The notes: a model not told the origin generated them from the letters alone. A stretch of 64,000 bases of DNA from Eledone cirrhosa (GCA_964016885.1 OZ024743.1:147870001-147934000), one strand, 5' to 3'. Counted from the stretch's first letter, positions 40,901 through 54,637 are shown. Made by a program: numbers and translations.

Positions 40901-41775
40901 TAAGCTTTTGCATGCCTATACCTGACCAGTTCTCTCTCCCTATTTTCTACTTGCAGCATGGTCGTCCTGTTCTCGATTCCAGCAAGGACAGACGCGGCCA
41001 GCCAATGTATGGTCACGTCGGGTGGGTCCTGGGTCACTTTAACTCTCACAATTTTCTGCCCGCAGTAGGAGGACATCATGATTATCTTCTCACTCTTTAG
41101 GCTTTCCAAAGAGTGAGACTTAGCTTCTTGGGGGAGGGGGGGGGGGGCGAAAAGTACGTCTAATGTGGCGTATTTTCTGCCTCTGGCGATGTGGGTTTTG
41201 CGTGCCCAGACGCACCCCAAAACCTTTTGGATTTGGACCTCCGTGGCTCTCTCCACCCGATATGAGATTTTGCTTACGGTGCGGTAAGTCACCGTCCGTA
41301 GCTGCTGGTCTTTGAAAAAATCGGGTGGAGGTTTCAGGGAGACTCTATTGGCGCTTCTTGTCACCATGGCCCTTGCTACTGCCATCTCCTCCTCTGTGAC
41401 TAACACTGTCTCGATATTTCGGGCGACACCTGCAAAAGAAGTGGTATCGTCTTCAGCAGCACCACTATTGATGCCGCTACTTGTCTTGCTGGTGGTGCTG
41501 AGATCGCTGTTACAGGTATCCATGTCATTGTTGATGTTTTCGTTGGTACTGTTGCTGTTGTTACTGTTATTGTAGCTGTTGTTATTATTGTTATTTTTAT
41601 TGATACTGTTCCTACTATTATTGTTGTTATGGCTGTTGTTATTGTCATTGTTATTGTCGTTCTCGACCATAGCGCTGTTATTTTTGTTATTGTCGTTCTC
41701 GACTTTATCGCTGTTATTTTTGTTTTTGCTGTTTTTATTGATGGTCTTGTTGTTAGTGTTATTGTTGGTGTTGTT
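37990..41775 (-). mobile_element. Tx1/L1-type LINE copy B: ORF1 plus 5' half of ORF2, 3' part lost
   Basis: ORF2 starts MAVLRIGSINARGL (ATG at 39862) with APE motifs, and RT runs to QGCLLSSLLY. ORF1 pieces lie at 40359-40913 and 40891-~41700. Confidence 0.93.
40125..41700 (-). pseudogene. LINE ORF1 (gag-like) with CCHC zinc knuckle, frameshifted
   Basis: GRRPKCYLCGSKGHLRAFC (CX2CX4HX4C), Asn-rich N-terminus, Pro/Thr/Ala linker and Lys-rich tract. Homologous to 63272-63931. Confidence 0.88.
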
Positions 41776-44046
41776 AATAATGATTTCATTTATTGGCCAC
41801 AAGGGCCGACATATAGGGGACAATACAAAAGACTCGAGTAAACAATATGAATAAACAAAGTAACAATAAAGTAACAATAAAATTACAACAAGAAAAAATT
41901 CCCCAATAGGGGTGATGACCACCTAGGGTTCGTTCAGGTACCCCACCAGTACTGAACGACCCGACGCTTCGAGAGCACCCTGGAAAAGCACCCTTCTCCT
42001 CTTCAAATTTACCTACCTTCAGCCGCATGACCAGAGTAGGCCCACTCACACGGCCATTCTCGCCACATTCACCCACCTTTCAGCAAATGTACTGGGGGGC
42101 AGCACTTCTCTCTCCACCCTCACCTTCCTTTCCAAGTGAAACTTGAAAAAGTTGATGAGGGATTGGCCGAAGAGAAAAGTGTCTGTCTTCAGTCCTTTCA
42201 ACCTCGTCCACCATACAACCTCTTTCGCTACGGCCACCAGACAGAGGAAAATTGCCTGCCCTTCCTGGCCAAAAGAAGGCGGCGGGTCGATCTTCACTAT
42301 GGACTCGGCTGATCGCCGGATCCGTTCTACAGGCGACAACAGCTGTTCAACATAACTCCACAAGTCAGTAATGCACGGACACTGGACGAGTGCGTGCAGA
42401 GCGGTTTCGTCGCTCTCCGCGCATCTCGGGCAGGTCCCTCTGACAGCACGTCCGTGCCTGTAGAGTTTATCTCGAACCGGCAGTGCCCCCCGGTAGCACT
42501 GCCAAGCGAGGGATTTTTGGAAATTATCCATCGTCCCCGGCTCGAAAGTCCTCCGGTACAGACTGGTTAGTTCGACTTCGTTGACTCCCAGAGCCTCTCC
42601 GAGTTCGTCGTCGCGCTTGCCCACCACTAATCCTCTATAGAACTCGAGAGTGAAAGTTCCACTGACCGCATTGCCCGCCTGGTAGAGGGCAGTGAGTGAC
42701 TGGCAACATTCCAGATGCCAGTCACCCAGTCTCGGTCTCTTCTTGTCCCAGGACTGCAACTCAGTCAAAGAAACGAGCTGCGGAAAGGCCCGTCTGACAA
42801 ACGGCGACCACACCTCTTCACCGTTTAGGCAGAATATATGGAGATGCCGCAGCCCCAGCGCATGTCTGCGCATCATTAGCCACGGCATGCCCAGCCTTCC
42901 ACGTAGAAGGTGCTGGCAGCAGATGGACCGCCTCACCAGCAGAACCTGACCCCTCGACAAGAATTTGAAGAGAAGTCGCTCCAAGATGGCGAGTTGCGAA
43001 CGGGGGCAAGGGACGTCAATCAGACGGTAGTAGATGACGGACGCGATGTACGCTTGCCAACTCCGCCTGACCTTTCAGTGATAACTTCATCACAGCCCAT
43101 TTCTGGGTGAGACTGACTACCCTGCCCGTCACCTCGTCCCAATTCTTATCCACCTGGAGGTCTGGCCCGAACCAAACCCCTAGCAACTTTACCGGTCCGT
43201 CCGTCCAGCGCCTAACGACGCTGTTGGACGGCATAGACTTGCCTCTCCAGGTGCCGAGTTGCAAGCCCACTGACTTTTCCGGGTTTAGTTTTGCTCCCGT
43301 CAACCTTTCATATTCCTCCAATAAGTTGCCGACCATCTCGATTTCTGAGATGTCCGACACCATCACGGTGATGTCGTCCGCATAAGCCGACACAGCCTTT
43401 CCGCGTCCCGGTTCGAGCGGGATGCCCTGCAACAGCTCCAGCTTCCGCAGTAAAGGCTCGAGAGTCAATACGTACAGAAGGGAGGAGAGAGGGCACCCTT
43501 GACGGACCGATCGGGAGACCTGAAACGGTTTCGAGAGGTGGCCATTAATTTTGACCATCGAACAGGTGCCGCTGTGCATTGCAGCGATCCGGCTTCTGAA
43601 GACGGGGCCGAAGCCAGCCGCCTTGAGGACAACCTCCAGGTACCGATGGTCGATCCTATCAAATGCTTTCGATTGATTTAAATTGCTCAGAGTACCACCG
43701 AAGCCAGGTTTACACCCTACCCTCTCTATGATGTATCGCATTAGGTGGAGGTTGTCGTGTATGGACCTGGTTGGGATTGCGCAAGTTTGCGCCTCCCCAA
43801 CCAAATCCCCGACGACAAGCTCCAACCTCTTCGCTAACACCCTGGCCAAAATCTTAAACTCTGTGTTGAGCAGAGTTATAGGCCTGAAATTGTCTAATGT
43901 GTCCCTCTTGTTCTCGTCTTTCCTTATCAGCGTCACTACGCCCCGGCTCACAGAACTGGAAATACTCCCGTTTTACTGCCAGTTGCAGTAGAGCACTTCG
44001 AGGAGATTGGAGAACAAGTCTGGCACATTTACGTAAAGCTCGTAGG
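41776..44046 (-). mobile_element. Tx1/L1-type LINE copy C (different subfamily), 5'-truncated
   Basis: NFRPITLLN, QSKAFD, SVRQGCPLS and AYADD (43016-43951); CPRC...HALVQC (42046-42984). The 3' UTR ends cccttgtggccaataaatgaaatcattatt. Confidence 0.95.
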
Positions 44047-44048
44047 AA

Positions 44049-46669
44049 AATAGACTGGAAATAAAGTACAAAACTAGGAGGAAAAGGCTAAATATTATCA
44101 TAGAAGAACTGAAGCAACGCATTGTAGCAAAGAGTGCAAAAATTAGGCGATACGAGAGCAGAGTCAGTCAGTATAGACAGAACAGAATGTTTGACAACAA
44201 CCAGAAGATGTTGTTTGGACAGCTTCAAGGGAAAGAAAGAGCCAACGACTTAATCCCTGAGGCGGAACAAACTAAGACATTCTGGAAAGGAATATGGGAG
44301 CAGGATGTTAAACATAATGACCAGGCAGTGTGGATTGAGAGAGTACAAAAGGAGATTAGTGAACAGGCACACCAACAAACTGATTTGAGTATCACAGTTG
44401 AAACTCTCAAGGTGCAGGCCAAAAAACTAACCAACTGGAAATCACCCAGCGCAGATGTTGTGCAGGGATATTGGATTAAAAATGTAACATCCCTCTACCC
44501 GAAACTGACAACCATGTTCAATGACTGCTTGATGTCAGGTGAGGTACCAAAGGTACCACAGATCTGGTAATGAAAGACCGAATCAAGGGTAATGATGTTA
44601 CCAACTATAGACCTATCACATGTCTGTCCGTAATGTGGAAACTGTTGACAAGCATTGTGTCTGAGGAAATCTACCATCACCTCCACACTAACAATTTGTT
44701 ACCGGACGAACAGAAAGGATGCCGAAAGAAGTCCCGTGGTACAAAGGACCAGTTACTTATTGATAAGATGATAATGAGGAATTGCAAGAGGAGACACACT
44801 GGTCTTGTCATGGGATGGATAGACTACAAAAAGGCATTTGACATGGTGCCTCATTCTTGGATCACCAAAAGTCTAGAGATCTTCAAGGTGGCAGATAACA
44901 TGAGACAGTTGTTGAGCAAAAGTATGAAGTCCTGGAAAACAGCGTTAACATCAGCTGGAGAATCCTTGGGAGGCGTGAAGATCAAGAGAGGTATCTTCCA
45001 GGGAGATAGTCTGTCCCCTCTGTTGTTTGTCCTTGCCCTGATGCCCCTGACCATTATACTGTGAAACGTGAGAGCAGGATACAAGTTGGGAAAGGGAGAG
45101 CTTACCATCAATCACCTCAGCTTCATGGACGATCTTAAGCTCTTCGGGAAGAGTGAGAAGGAGTTGGATGTGCTTGTTGACACTGTCCGTATTTTCAGCA
45201 ATGATATATGTTTGAAATTTGGTATTAGTAAGTGTGGAGTCCTTGTGATGAAGAGGGGTAAATTGAGCAGAAGCAACGGAATCCAGGTACCAACAGGTGA
45301 GATGATAAAGGAAATTGACACTGAAGAAGGATACAAGTATTTGGGTATTCTGGAGGCTGATGACATCAAGAACAAAAAAATGAAGGAATTGTTAAGAACT
45401 GAATACATTCGGAGAGTAAGGGGCGTATTAAAGTCACATCTGAACAGTAGGAATGCCATAAGTGCAGTAAATTCCCGAGCTGTGTCTATTATTAGATACA
45501 GTGCGGAATTCTGAGATGGAATGGTGCTGAACAAAAAGAAATTGATAGGAAGACTAGGAAGCTATTGACTATATACAACATGTTCCACAAGAAGAGTGAT
45601 GTCGATAGACTCTACTTAAGGAGATCTGAAGGGGGAAAAGGTATTATCAGCATAGAGGATTGTGTTCAGATGTAGAAAAACAACCTACACAAATACGTGA
45701 CCGATAGTAAGGAGCCAATGCTCAGAATTGTACTGAAGGAGAGGACAATAGACCAGGGGATATCCAAGGAGGAAATAACAACGAGGAGAAAGAGCAACCT
45801 TCATCAAAAATCCCTTCACAGTACCTTTTTGAGAAAACGGAATTCAGATATCCGCAGACATGGAACTGGTTGAGACTAGGAGACCTTAAAAAGGCTACAG
45901 AAGGAATGCTAATGGCCGCGCAAGAGCAGGCCCTCAAAACGAAGTGGCTGAAACACCATATTTACAAAGAGGAGGCTAGCCCACTGTGCAGGATCTGTGT
46001 AGAGAGAGAGGAGACTGTGGATCACATTGTATCCGAGTGTAAACACCAAGCCCAGACTCACTATAAAGGCTGGAGACATGATGTGATGGGCAGGGTGAGC
46101 CACTGGCACCTATGCAAAGTAAACAATTTACCACATTCCGAGAAGTGGTATGATCATAAGCCAGAGTCGGTGATAGAAAACGATCAGGTGAAGGTGCTAT
46201 GGGATTTTAGGATACAGACGGACAAGAAACTGGAACAAAATAGACCTGACCTGGTGGTTTTGGACAAGGAAAAAAGATCGTGCCTGATTGTGGATGTGGC
46301 CTGCCCATTCGACACGAGAGTGCAAGAGAAGGAAAGGGAGAAAATTATCCGATACCAGGACTTAAAGTGGGAGGTAAAAAGGATTTGGAACTGCCATGAA
46401 GTCAAAGTGGTCCCGATTGTCATAGGCGCACTAGGTAGTATCTCAAAACGTTTCCAGGGATGGTTAAAGAAAATTGGCTCCGCCCCACTTTTTGGAACGC
46501 TTCAAAAGGCATGCTTGCTGGGAACAGCAAGAACTATCCGATACGTCCTGAATATCTGAGGCTGCAGGTAGTGGCTTGATATTCATTTCAACAAACTTTC
46601 CAGTTAACTAACATCAATGATTGAGACTGAAAGAATAATAATAAAAATAATAATGATAATAATAATAAT
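44049..46669 (+). mobile_element. R4/Dong-type (REL) non-LTR retrotransposon, 5'-truncated, with stops and an (AAT)n tail
   Basis: [36 protein letters not shown] and YKYLG (RT); CRIC...ETVDHIVSEC, RHD, NRPDLVV, DVACP and VPIVIGALG (Zn finger plus REL endonuclease). Tail at 46634-46669. Confidence 0.92.
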
Positions 46670-46689
46670 TGTGGCACCTGAGGGCCGTT

Positions 46690-47065
46690 ACAATACCAGT
46701 GATTGTGGGAGGACCGGGTATGATCGAGAAAGGAAAGGAACAGAACAATATTCGCGAATGATTCCTGGTTTACCCTCTCTGCACGAGGTGCAAAACATTA
46801 TTTTGACTGGTACTGCACACGTATTGAGAAGAGCACTATCTCTGTAAGATTGATATCCCTCCTTGTATTTACATATGCATATGCACATGTGTATATATAC
46901 TGTTTATTTTTATAATCAATGTGCTGTATTAACTGGCTTACCAATGCACACTGTGAATTTATTTGCCCTAGGAGTCGGGAAGACACTCGGCATATATCTC
47001 AGAAACAATAATGAAAGATAATAGTATTAATAATAATAATAATAATAAAATAATAATAAATAATA
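46690..47065 (+). mobile_element. Short 3' fragment of a second R4-like element with (AAT)n tail
   Basis: IPGLPSLHEVQNIILTGTAHVLRRALSL resembles the Q..LLGTA..IR.VL terminus of the preceding element. Confidence 0.7.
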
Positions 47066-47170
47066 CTTTCTTTATTAACCACAAGGGTTTACATAAAGTA
47101 GAGATTAAAGACAGTACAGGACAATACAGGCCGGTACAAATGGGCATTTCTGCGGGTAAAAAAAGAAAAT
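47066..47170 (-). mobile_element. ~100-bp extreme 3' end of Tx1 subfamily A/D
   Basis: ttattaaccacaagggtttacataaagtaga.attaa.gacagtacaggacaatacagg matches 34460 and 59117. Confidence 0.9.
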
Positions 47171-47174
47171 AGAA

Positions 47175-48380
47175 AAATAATAATAAGTAATGATAATAAT
47201 TTCATTATTGAGCACAAGGGCCGACCTATAAGGGACAACAACAATGACAGAGGCAGTGAGCTTTACAAAAATTTGAATTTAAAGAAGATAACATTTTAAC
47301 AAATAATAAAATTGGAACAAGGAAATTCCCCAATAGGAGGAGTAACACCTAGGGGTGACTCTGGATCCTCATCACTATTATACATTACTCATCGCGAGCA
47401 CCATAGAAAGGGACTTATCTCTTCCCCCTCTTCTATATAGCCAACTTACAGGCACATAGTCAGAGTCGGCCATTCACACGGGCCATTATCGCTACGTTGA
47501 CCTAAATTTTCACAAATATGCTGGGGGAGGTCACCTCCCTCTCTACCTTCACCTTCCTTTCCAAGGGAAACTTGAAAAAGTTCATGAGGGCTTGAGCGAA
47601 GAAGAAACTGTCATTATTCAATCGTTCCAGTTGCGTACACCACATGAATTATTTCACTTAAGTTACCAGGCAGAGGAAAAGTGCTTGCGCTTCACGTTCC
47701 CGGTAAGAAGAAGGCGTCGGAGAGATGTTCACTATGGACTTGGTCGATAGCCGGATCCCTCGTACACGTGATAATAGCTGTCCGACAAACTCCACAAGTG
47801 AGTAATGCACGGACACTGTGAGTGCGTGCAAATTGTTTTAATTTGGTCACACTTCCGTGTCTGTAGAGTTTATCTCGAACAGAGAGTGACCCCGGTGTTA
47901 TTACCAGATGAGGTCTTTACGGAAGTTATCCATAGTCACCGGTTGGAAAGCTCTCCGAAACAGACTGGTCACTTCGATCTCGTCGATGCCCAGAGTCACA
48001 TAGAGAACGTCATCGCACTTGTGTGCTACAGAACTTAAGAGTGGAATTTCCACCGACCTCATTGAACGACTGGTGGAGGGCAGTGAGCGCCGGACAACAT
48101 TCCTGATGCAATGCCCCAGTCTCTGTATATGCTTGACCTACGACTGCACCTCAGTCAAATAGATGAGCTGCTGAAACACCTGTCTTAACCAGCGATTACA
48201 CATATTCACTGCTGATGAATATCTTGAGATACATGTTTGCACATCAGCAACTGTATGGCCAGCCCTCCACGTAGAACGTTCAGGCAGCAGATTGACCGAC
48301 TCACTTAAGGAACCTGTCTCTTCCACAATAAGTTAAAGTGGAGGTATTCTAAATTAGCGAGGGATGAACGGGGTAAAGGA
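47175..48380 (-). mobile_element. Degenerate Tx1-type LINE 3' portion
   Basis: Nucleotide similarity to 41800-43000, for example ccttcctttccaag.gaaacttgaaaaagtt and gtaatgcacggacactg. Confidence 0.85.
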
Positions 48381-48519
48381 ATAAACGCTGCCCATACAAA
48401 AATGTGAGCAGGAGAAAGATAATGCTACAAGGCTAATAAAAGCACCAATACCAACATCTACTTCACAATATCGACGACAACCACCACCATCACCACCAGC
48501 ACTACTATCACCTAGCGTC

Positions 48520-49530
48520 GCCATGTATGCAAGACTCTCTTCTCAGCGATCTCAGGTCACTAAATGTAGATGTGGTAGCTATGAGGGACATTAGAATTTT
48601 CGAGGCATGAGCCGTCAAGCCTGTCTTTGGTGGTGACAAATTATCTGTATCTCGAAGACGTCCAGGATTGGGAGCTGGATAACCTATGCTGTTTCAGACA
48701 AAGTCTGAATTTCCCAATCGGGATCATGGTTCTAGTCATAGAAGGTAGGTAAATCGGTGATGTTAGACAGGATCAGCAGCAAACGCCATATCTTCAGACT
48801 ACTTGCCGACTACGTCACGACAGTTGCAGGACGGTCTGATGTCTTTAGGTGTCTAGAGAACCTCCTAGAAACATACCGCTGTTTAGTGTTAATGTGTGAT
48901 TGGAACATTAGCTTGGGTGCATGCTAGAACTGTGGGGGTCTATATGATATGATAGTTGAGTTCACAATCCACACCCACCTGCTACGAGCGTCCCAAATGT
49001 TTGAGAGTTACCGACTAGATTCACGAGTGCGCCAATGTAGGTATGGTCAAACCGTATCAGGCCATCCAGATCGTATCTAGATACATATTATGTAGGTCAC
49101 TAGATAGGCAGGTTTGCTACAATTTAAAGTGGTTGACTGTACAAACGACAAATATATACTGTCAACCTAGATAGGCTTAGTAGCGAGAAACCTGGCTACT
49201 AGGAGCTGAATGCGTCGTGCCTGGCGCAAAACGTTTACAGATTAGATGGCTGATTAGTTAACTATTTAAGTGGCCGATGATGGGGTCAAGGGTTAACAAA
49301 GTATGGTAGTTCGCCCTAAAAAGTGCGAATATTGTAGAAGCGTTAGGTTTAGCACTTCTTATAAACAGAAAAATCGTTTCAGAAAGTTATTGTAACCGAC
49401 GTGTTTTCAGCATTTCGTCTTCGACTAATTCTCCAGCACCACACCTGAAGGCTACTTTGTTAGAGCTGCATGTTCTAAGAAATGAAGGAACGAACGATGT
49501 TTGATGTATCCAGTATTCAGAGATGTAGCA
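48520..49530 (+). mobile_element. Very degenerate Tx1-type endonuclease fragment
   Basis: Reverse-complement similarity to 38800-39860 (ctcaggtcactaaa..tagatgtggt; atccagatcg.atct.gata). Confidence 0.7.
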
Positions 49531-49599
49531 TGGCAACAATATCACAATTTAGTCTTCGGCATACCATGATGAACGTGAGACACTCCATTCCAATGAGAT

Positions 49600-50750
49600 G
49601 AATGCGGCTTTTGTTAAGGACAAATGTTGGGTCGGATGTCATACTTCCTCTCCACAACACTGGCAGGTCCAGAGTGCCATAAACGATAAAGTGGGAAGTA
49701 TTTGTGGATAAAAATTTCAGGACCAGGTATGCAGACACTAATTCATCTAAATTTAGAGAACTCCCTGAGCAAACTGAGGACGTTGAGACAGAGAGGAGAT
49801 TGTTCACCGCAGCAACTTTTGCTTCAGCTGTTAAATGATGGGGGCGAAAGAGGCTTGGTGTGGAGCTGGAGAGCATGATGACCCCTTGGTTCAATCAAGA
49901 GGTCAAAATACGACCCGAGCAAAGAAGGAGGCTTGCAATGCAGGCCTTGGAACTAAGTCCTCCTTCTTGCACTTGGGGTACAATCTGGCAAGAATAATTG
50001 CAGCAGAGTCAGTAAAGGCGTCCAAAGTTAAGACATGGGAGGAATTTGGGTTTAAGCTGGAATCCGATTTCAGATCAGATCAGAAAATAAAGTGTTCTGG
50101 AGGACCATTCGCCGACTTTGTAATAAGAAACCCTCTTCCACACCTGCTATCAAGAACGCGTCTGGGGTTCTCATCTCCTCAGAGAGGTGCATACTTAGGT
50201 GTAGAGAATACTTTGATGATCTCCTAAACCCGATCACAAAAATATCTGTTGTACAAGAAGTGCATTTGCGAGCGGTGACTAACCTCTCGGAGGTCAGAAG
50301 AGCAGTTAAAACGCTCAAATGTGGTAAGGCCACTGAGGAAGATGAACTTCGTCCCAAAATGTTAAAAAAACGTAAATAGAGAAGGTATTCTCTGGCTGTC
50401 ATGTGTCTCATGTGTGTCATGTGTGCCGGGTGGCCTGGATTTCTGGAAAGGTACATAGGCAATGGTAATCGGGGATGATAATCTTAATTTTCAAAAAGAG
50501 TGTAATGAGCGATTGCTCCAATTATAGATGTGGCCCCGTGTTAGACCTCTCCGATAAAGTCTATACTAAGTGTCTGGCAAATCTAAATGATGAACAGTGT
50601 GGCTTGCTCCCCCGACGCATTACAACCGACCAAATATTGCTTCAGGAATTTTAGAAATCATGGGAGAACTGCCAAGAGGTGTATGATTGCTTCCTAGACA
50701 TCGAAAAGCTATACGACTGCGTTCCATGGGACCTGCTATGGAAGGCTTTT
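49600..50750 (+). mobile_element. Degenerate RTE-like LINE fragment
   Basis: FWRTIRRL...CREYFDDLLN...EVRRAVKTLKCGKATEEDELRPKMLK; CFLDIEKLYDCVP. Confidence 0.75.
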
Positions 50751-52050
50751 TTTATGGATCCCCAAACGAGGCCAGCCGAGCTCATAGATGTTGTTCAACT
50801 ATGTTGCTCGGCGTCTACCCCTGGGTTTCCTGCTGGTTGGGTTTGCCAGAAAAATCTGCCCGGTGATTCTTTCCTGAGACATTCTAACCACATTTCCGTA
50901 ATATCAGAGCTGTAATATCTCAATTCCTGAAGTAGCGGCTCTGCCTCTCCGATCGCCGAGCTAAGCACTTTATTGAGTAACGTTATTCCAAAGATCCTTC
51001 GACGGAACCCCATTGCGGCCGCTTGAATTTATGATCATATTGTTTCGGTCACTACCGAAGATACATGACCATACACAAAGGCTGACACGTATGCCGAATT
51101 GAAGACAGTGAGTTTGGCTTTTACATACACCTCCGTTCTTATGGTGAACGAATGCTGAAGCGGGCTCAATATTTGCACTTAATTCTCCCTTCTATCTATC
51201 ATCACTTGTGAACACTGCTTCAAGATACTTGAATTTCTCCAAATGATTCATTTAAACTACACTCACATGTAGAGTGCACTGCGCAGATTAACTTGAGAGG
51301 GCGTGTGTCTCAGTCTCTACAGAGCTGATGTACCTGCTTGCCGTGCAGTAAACCTTATCAATCGAATGTCACCTTTTGACGAATTAACTAATACCATATC
51401 TTCCGCAAATACCAGCCGACTGGCCCTACTCTCGCCAGTCATCCAACACGACTGCACGTGTCAATCCTGTCCATGAATATTATGAACAGTAGAGGTGATA
51501 GTACACAACTTCGTCGGAGTCCGACATCCATATTGAATGGTTTCAACTTAGCATCATTTATCCAAACACCAATAATAGGACATTCGTATAGCGACATCAG
51601 GGCAAGAAGAAGCTCTTTCGAGGTCTATGAAACAAACATACACCTCTTGGCAATTCTTCCTAGAATTCTCGATGACGTGACACTGAATGTTTGGTCTGCT
51701 GTGCTGCGTCCGAGGTGCAATACATACCGTACGTCCGCTATCTTGGACATGACAATATCCCGACAACTCTATGCTAGACCCTGAACATAGACTTTATTGA
51801 GAAGGCTTAACAAGGAGATCCGTATATAAATTAAGCAATCTCTGATGTTTCCAGTTTTGAAAATTGGGATTATCACACATGATTGCCATTGCTTAGGTGT
51901 GTTTCTCGAGATCCAGACTACCCGGCACACAACAGTTATTCATAGAATACCTTCTCTATTTTCACCTTTTAACATCTCGGGGCAAATTTCATCCCTCCCA
52001 GCGGCCTAGCCACACTTCAGCTCTGTATTTGCCCTTGTGACTTCAGATTC
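50751..52050 (-). mobile_element. Degenerate RTE-like LINE fragment, inverted relative to the previous one
   Basis: QEVYVCFIDLE and RRIFGITLLNKVLSS; FKYL-like aaattcaagtatcttg on the minus strand. Confidence 0.75.
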
Positions 52051-53289
52051 CTAAATGTTTGTCATTGTACCTAATGTATATCAGAATATCTTATTTTATC
52101 TGCTTATGAATATCACACAAAGTATCAGTAATAATCTACTACCTCAGGAAATTCTACTATTATGTTGGTAAAGCTTATAAATCATTACATTTTCTCTATG
52201 GTATTTTACTCCTTTTTATCAGTATATACATTCTGCTCCTTCTATATCGACTAACAATATGCAATCTGCTTTCCAATACCGACCCATTCAATTTCAAGAT
52301 TTATAATTATTAAAGATTAAGATTTGTAATTCTACAATTCTACAGTACTGCAGTATTAATTTAATAGTAACTCGTCCTATATTACTCTACACTCGCGATA
52401 AAAACAGTTTTAACTCTGCTTCCATGTGTAAATACTTAATAGTAAATTCCCATGACAAATACGTTATTAGCTTGAAAATACAAACTGCATATTGCTTTTA
52501 TTTAAATCCTTCAAAAACATACCTATCACCAGCTCTCCTTTTTCTGTAACGGTTATCCACTCATACTATAGCATCTATCAGTCGTTTGTCATTCCCTTAT
52601 GGTAAGAAATCAGTAACTTTTCTCAACTTAATTTTGCAGAGTACAAATTCGGAGATGCTATCCACAACAACTAAATATTGTCCTCCACATTGTCCTACCA
52701 ATATAAGCATATTATGTTCATTTCTCTGTCGCTGCTCGTCGGAAGATATAGTAGTGCAATTGTGAGTATCCTCCCTCTCGTGATCTGAAACATCCTCCTA
52801 ATATGAGATTTCATTGCTAGCCACAAACACGACAGCAGCACTTCTACAATGCATTTGTTTAATGATATTTGCCTCTCATTCCTCTGTTGACATGTGTGCT
52901 ACAGTCACTGATAGCCATCGACAATTCACCGACCAACAGTTCAGAAATTAACAAGTTCCCCTTCAAATAATTCCGAATCAACCAACTCAACGTCAATGAA
53001 TAAGACTTATGTACAGAATATGACTTTAAAACGAGAGAGAATATAAGAGATGAAAGATGAGGTCGATATGGTTGAGATCTGTTCACGTGCATCTGACAGA
53101 TACGCACCTTGCTTGGGAGTAGGTTCGTGATGAGCCTTGTAATTGTGATGAGTGGAGTTCTCTCATTGCCCAATTTTCTTTGGGGAATAGGTGGAGCTAA
53201 GTTCTCTTTTGATTTGAATATTTGCCACCATTCGTTGTATTGGAAGTATCGGTTAACATCGGACAATATGCTTTGTGGTCTAGTATTTT

Positions 53290-53395
53290 TACCCTTTACA
53301 TTCCGAGTTCAATCCTGCTGAGATTAGCTTTACCTTTCATCCTTACGAGGTCGATAAAATAAAGCAACAGTTTAGCACTGGGATCGATTTAGTCG
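53290..53395 (+). mobile_element. Diverged SINE fragment
   Basis: gagttcaatcc...cctttcatccttacgaggtcgataaaataaag. Confidence 0.8.
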
Positions 53396-54534
53396 ACATT
53401 CACCTATAGAAGATACCATTCACTTATAGAAGAAACCATTAAAACAAAAAAAACACATTAATATATGGGGCGTCAATGTTATTAATCAAAACGAAGGACC
53501 TCATTTGAGGAGATGAACCTATTATGAATAAAGATGCATGCTGTGAACTGCGAATCTAACATGTCTAATGTTTTACATTTAAGAGGCTTGCTTCATAACA
53601 TCACATTTTAGAAATACTTCCAAAGTTTTATCAAGGTTTTTATATTTTTAAATGAAATATTTTCATTTACACCTTAATTTACACCATGATATTAATTTGT
53701 CATTTGTTCAAATGCCTCTAGATCAATTTGCTGATCGGTAAATACTCGTCAGGAAATTTTCCTGTAGCATGTGTATGAGGTTATCATATCAATTGTAGTT
53801 AGCCAATAGAAATGCCCGTGCTTGGTAATAGTTGTACTGGTCATGGTGATGGTTGATTGTGATAGTAATATTAGGAACATTTTAGTTTATGACATTTGAC
53901 TCTTCAAATCTTAACGTAAAATAACGACAAAAGTAAGAATATAAATATAACTATAGCAATTACAATAACACACATTAAAAGTAAACATTTTCTTTTTTTT
54001 AAATCGGGTTCATTGAGTTTTATGAAATTGGCAACACATACAATGAGATTATCCTATAGGAAGTTCTAGTGTACTTGCTGAGTTTGGAAGGCATGGCCGT
54101 GAGAGCAGAAATGAAAGGATTAAGACCAAAAGTTTTGAGATTAAAGCTAATAGCACTCGATAGGCCTTTGAGGTAGTTTTACACTTGAACTATTTCAAGA
54201 ATACAAGAGAGCGAAAGAGACAAAGAAGAGGTAAGACGAAAAGAGGCTGTGAGAGATAAATATATTTACCGGAGGACAAAGAGAGAAGAAAGAGAAAGAA
54301 AGAGCGGGGTGGGGAAGGGAGAGAGAAATTGAGAGTGAAAGAGAGTGAGAGGGGAAAAGAGAGGGAAAGAAAGATGATGCAGGATTCCTGAGTCAGATTA
54401 CTGAATGGTTTTTAGGATTTAAAAATCTGTTTGGCATCTGGGTTTTAGAAACAAACTGGAAAATTATTAAAATTTGACTGGATTATGACGAGACACGAAA
54501 GATCATTTCTTAAATGTTTAAAATATAATAATCT

Positions 54535-54599
54535 TATTATTATTATTATTGCTGTTCTCTCTGATGTTGTTGTTGTTGTCGTCGTCGTCGTCGTCGTCG

Positions 54600-54637
<38 letters not shown>

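Noticed and set aside
40891-41922. 343-aa ORF with a hydrophobic N-terminus, as a possible membrane or env-like protein
   Set aside because: It is a chimeric read-through from the 3' UTR of LINE copy C into the Asn-rich ORF1 start of copy B.
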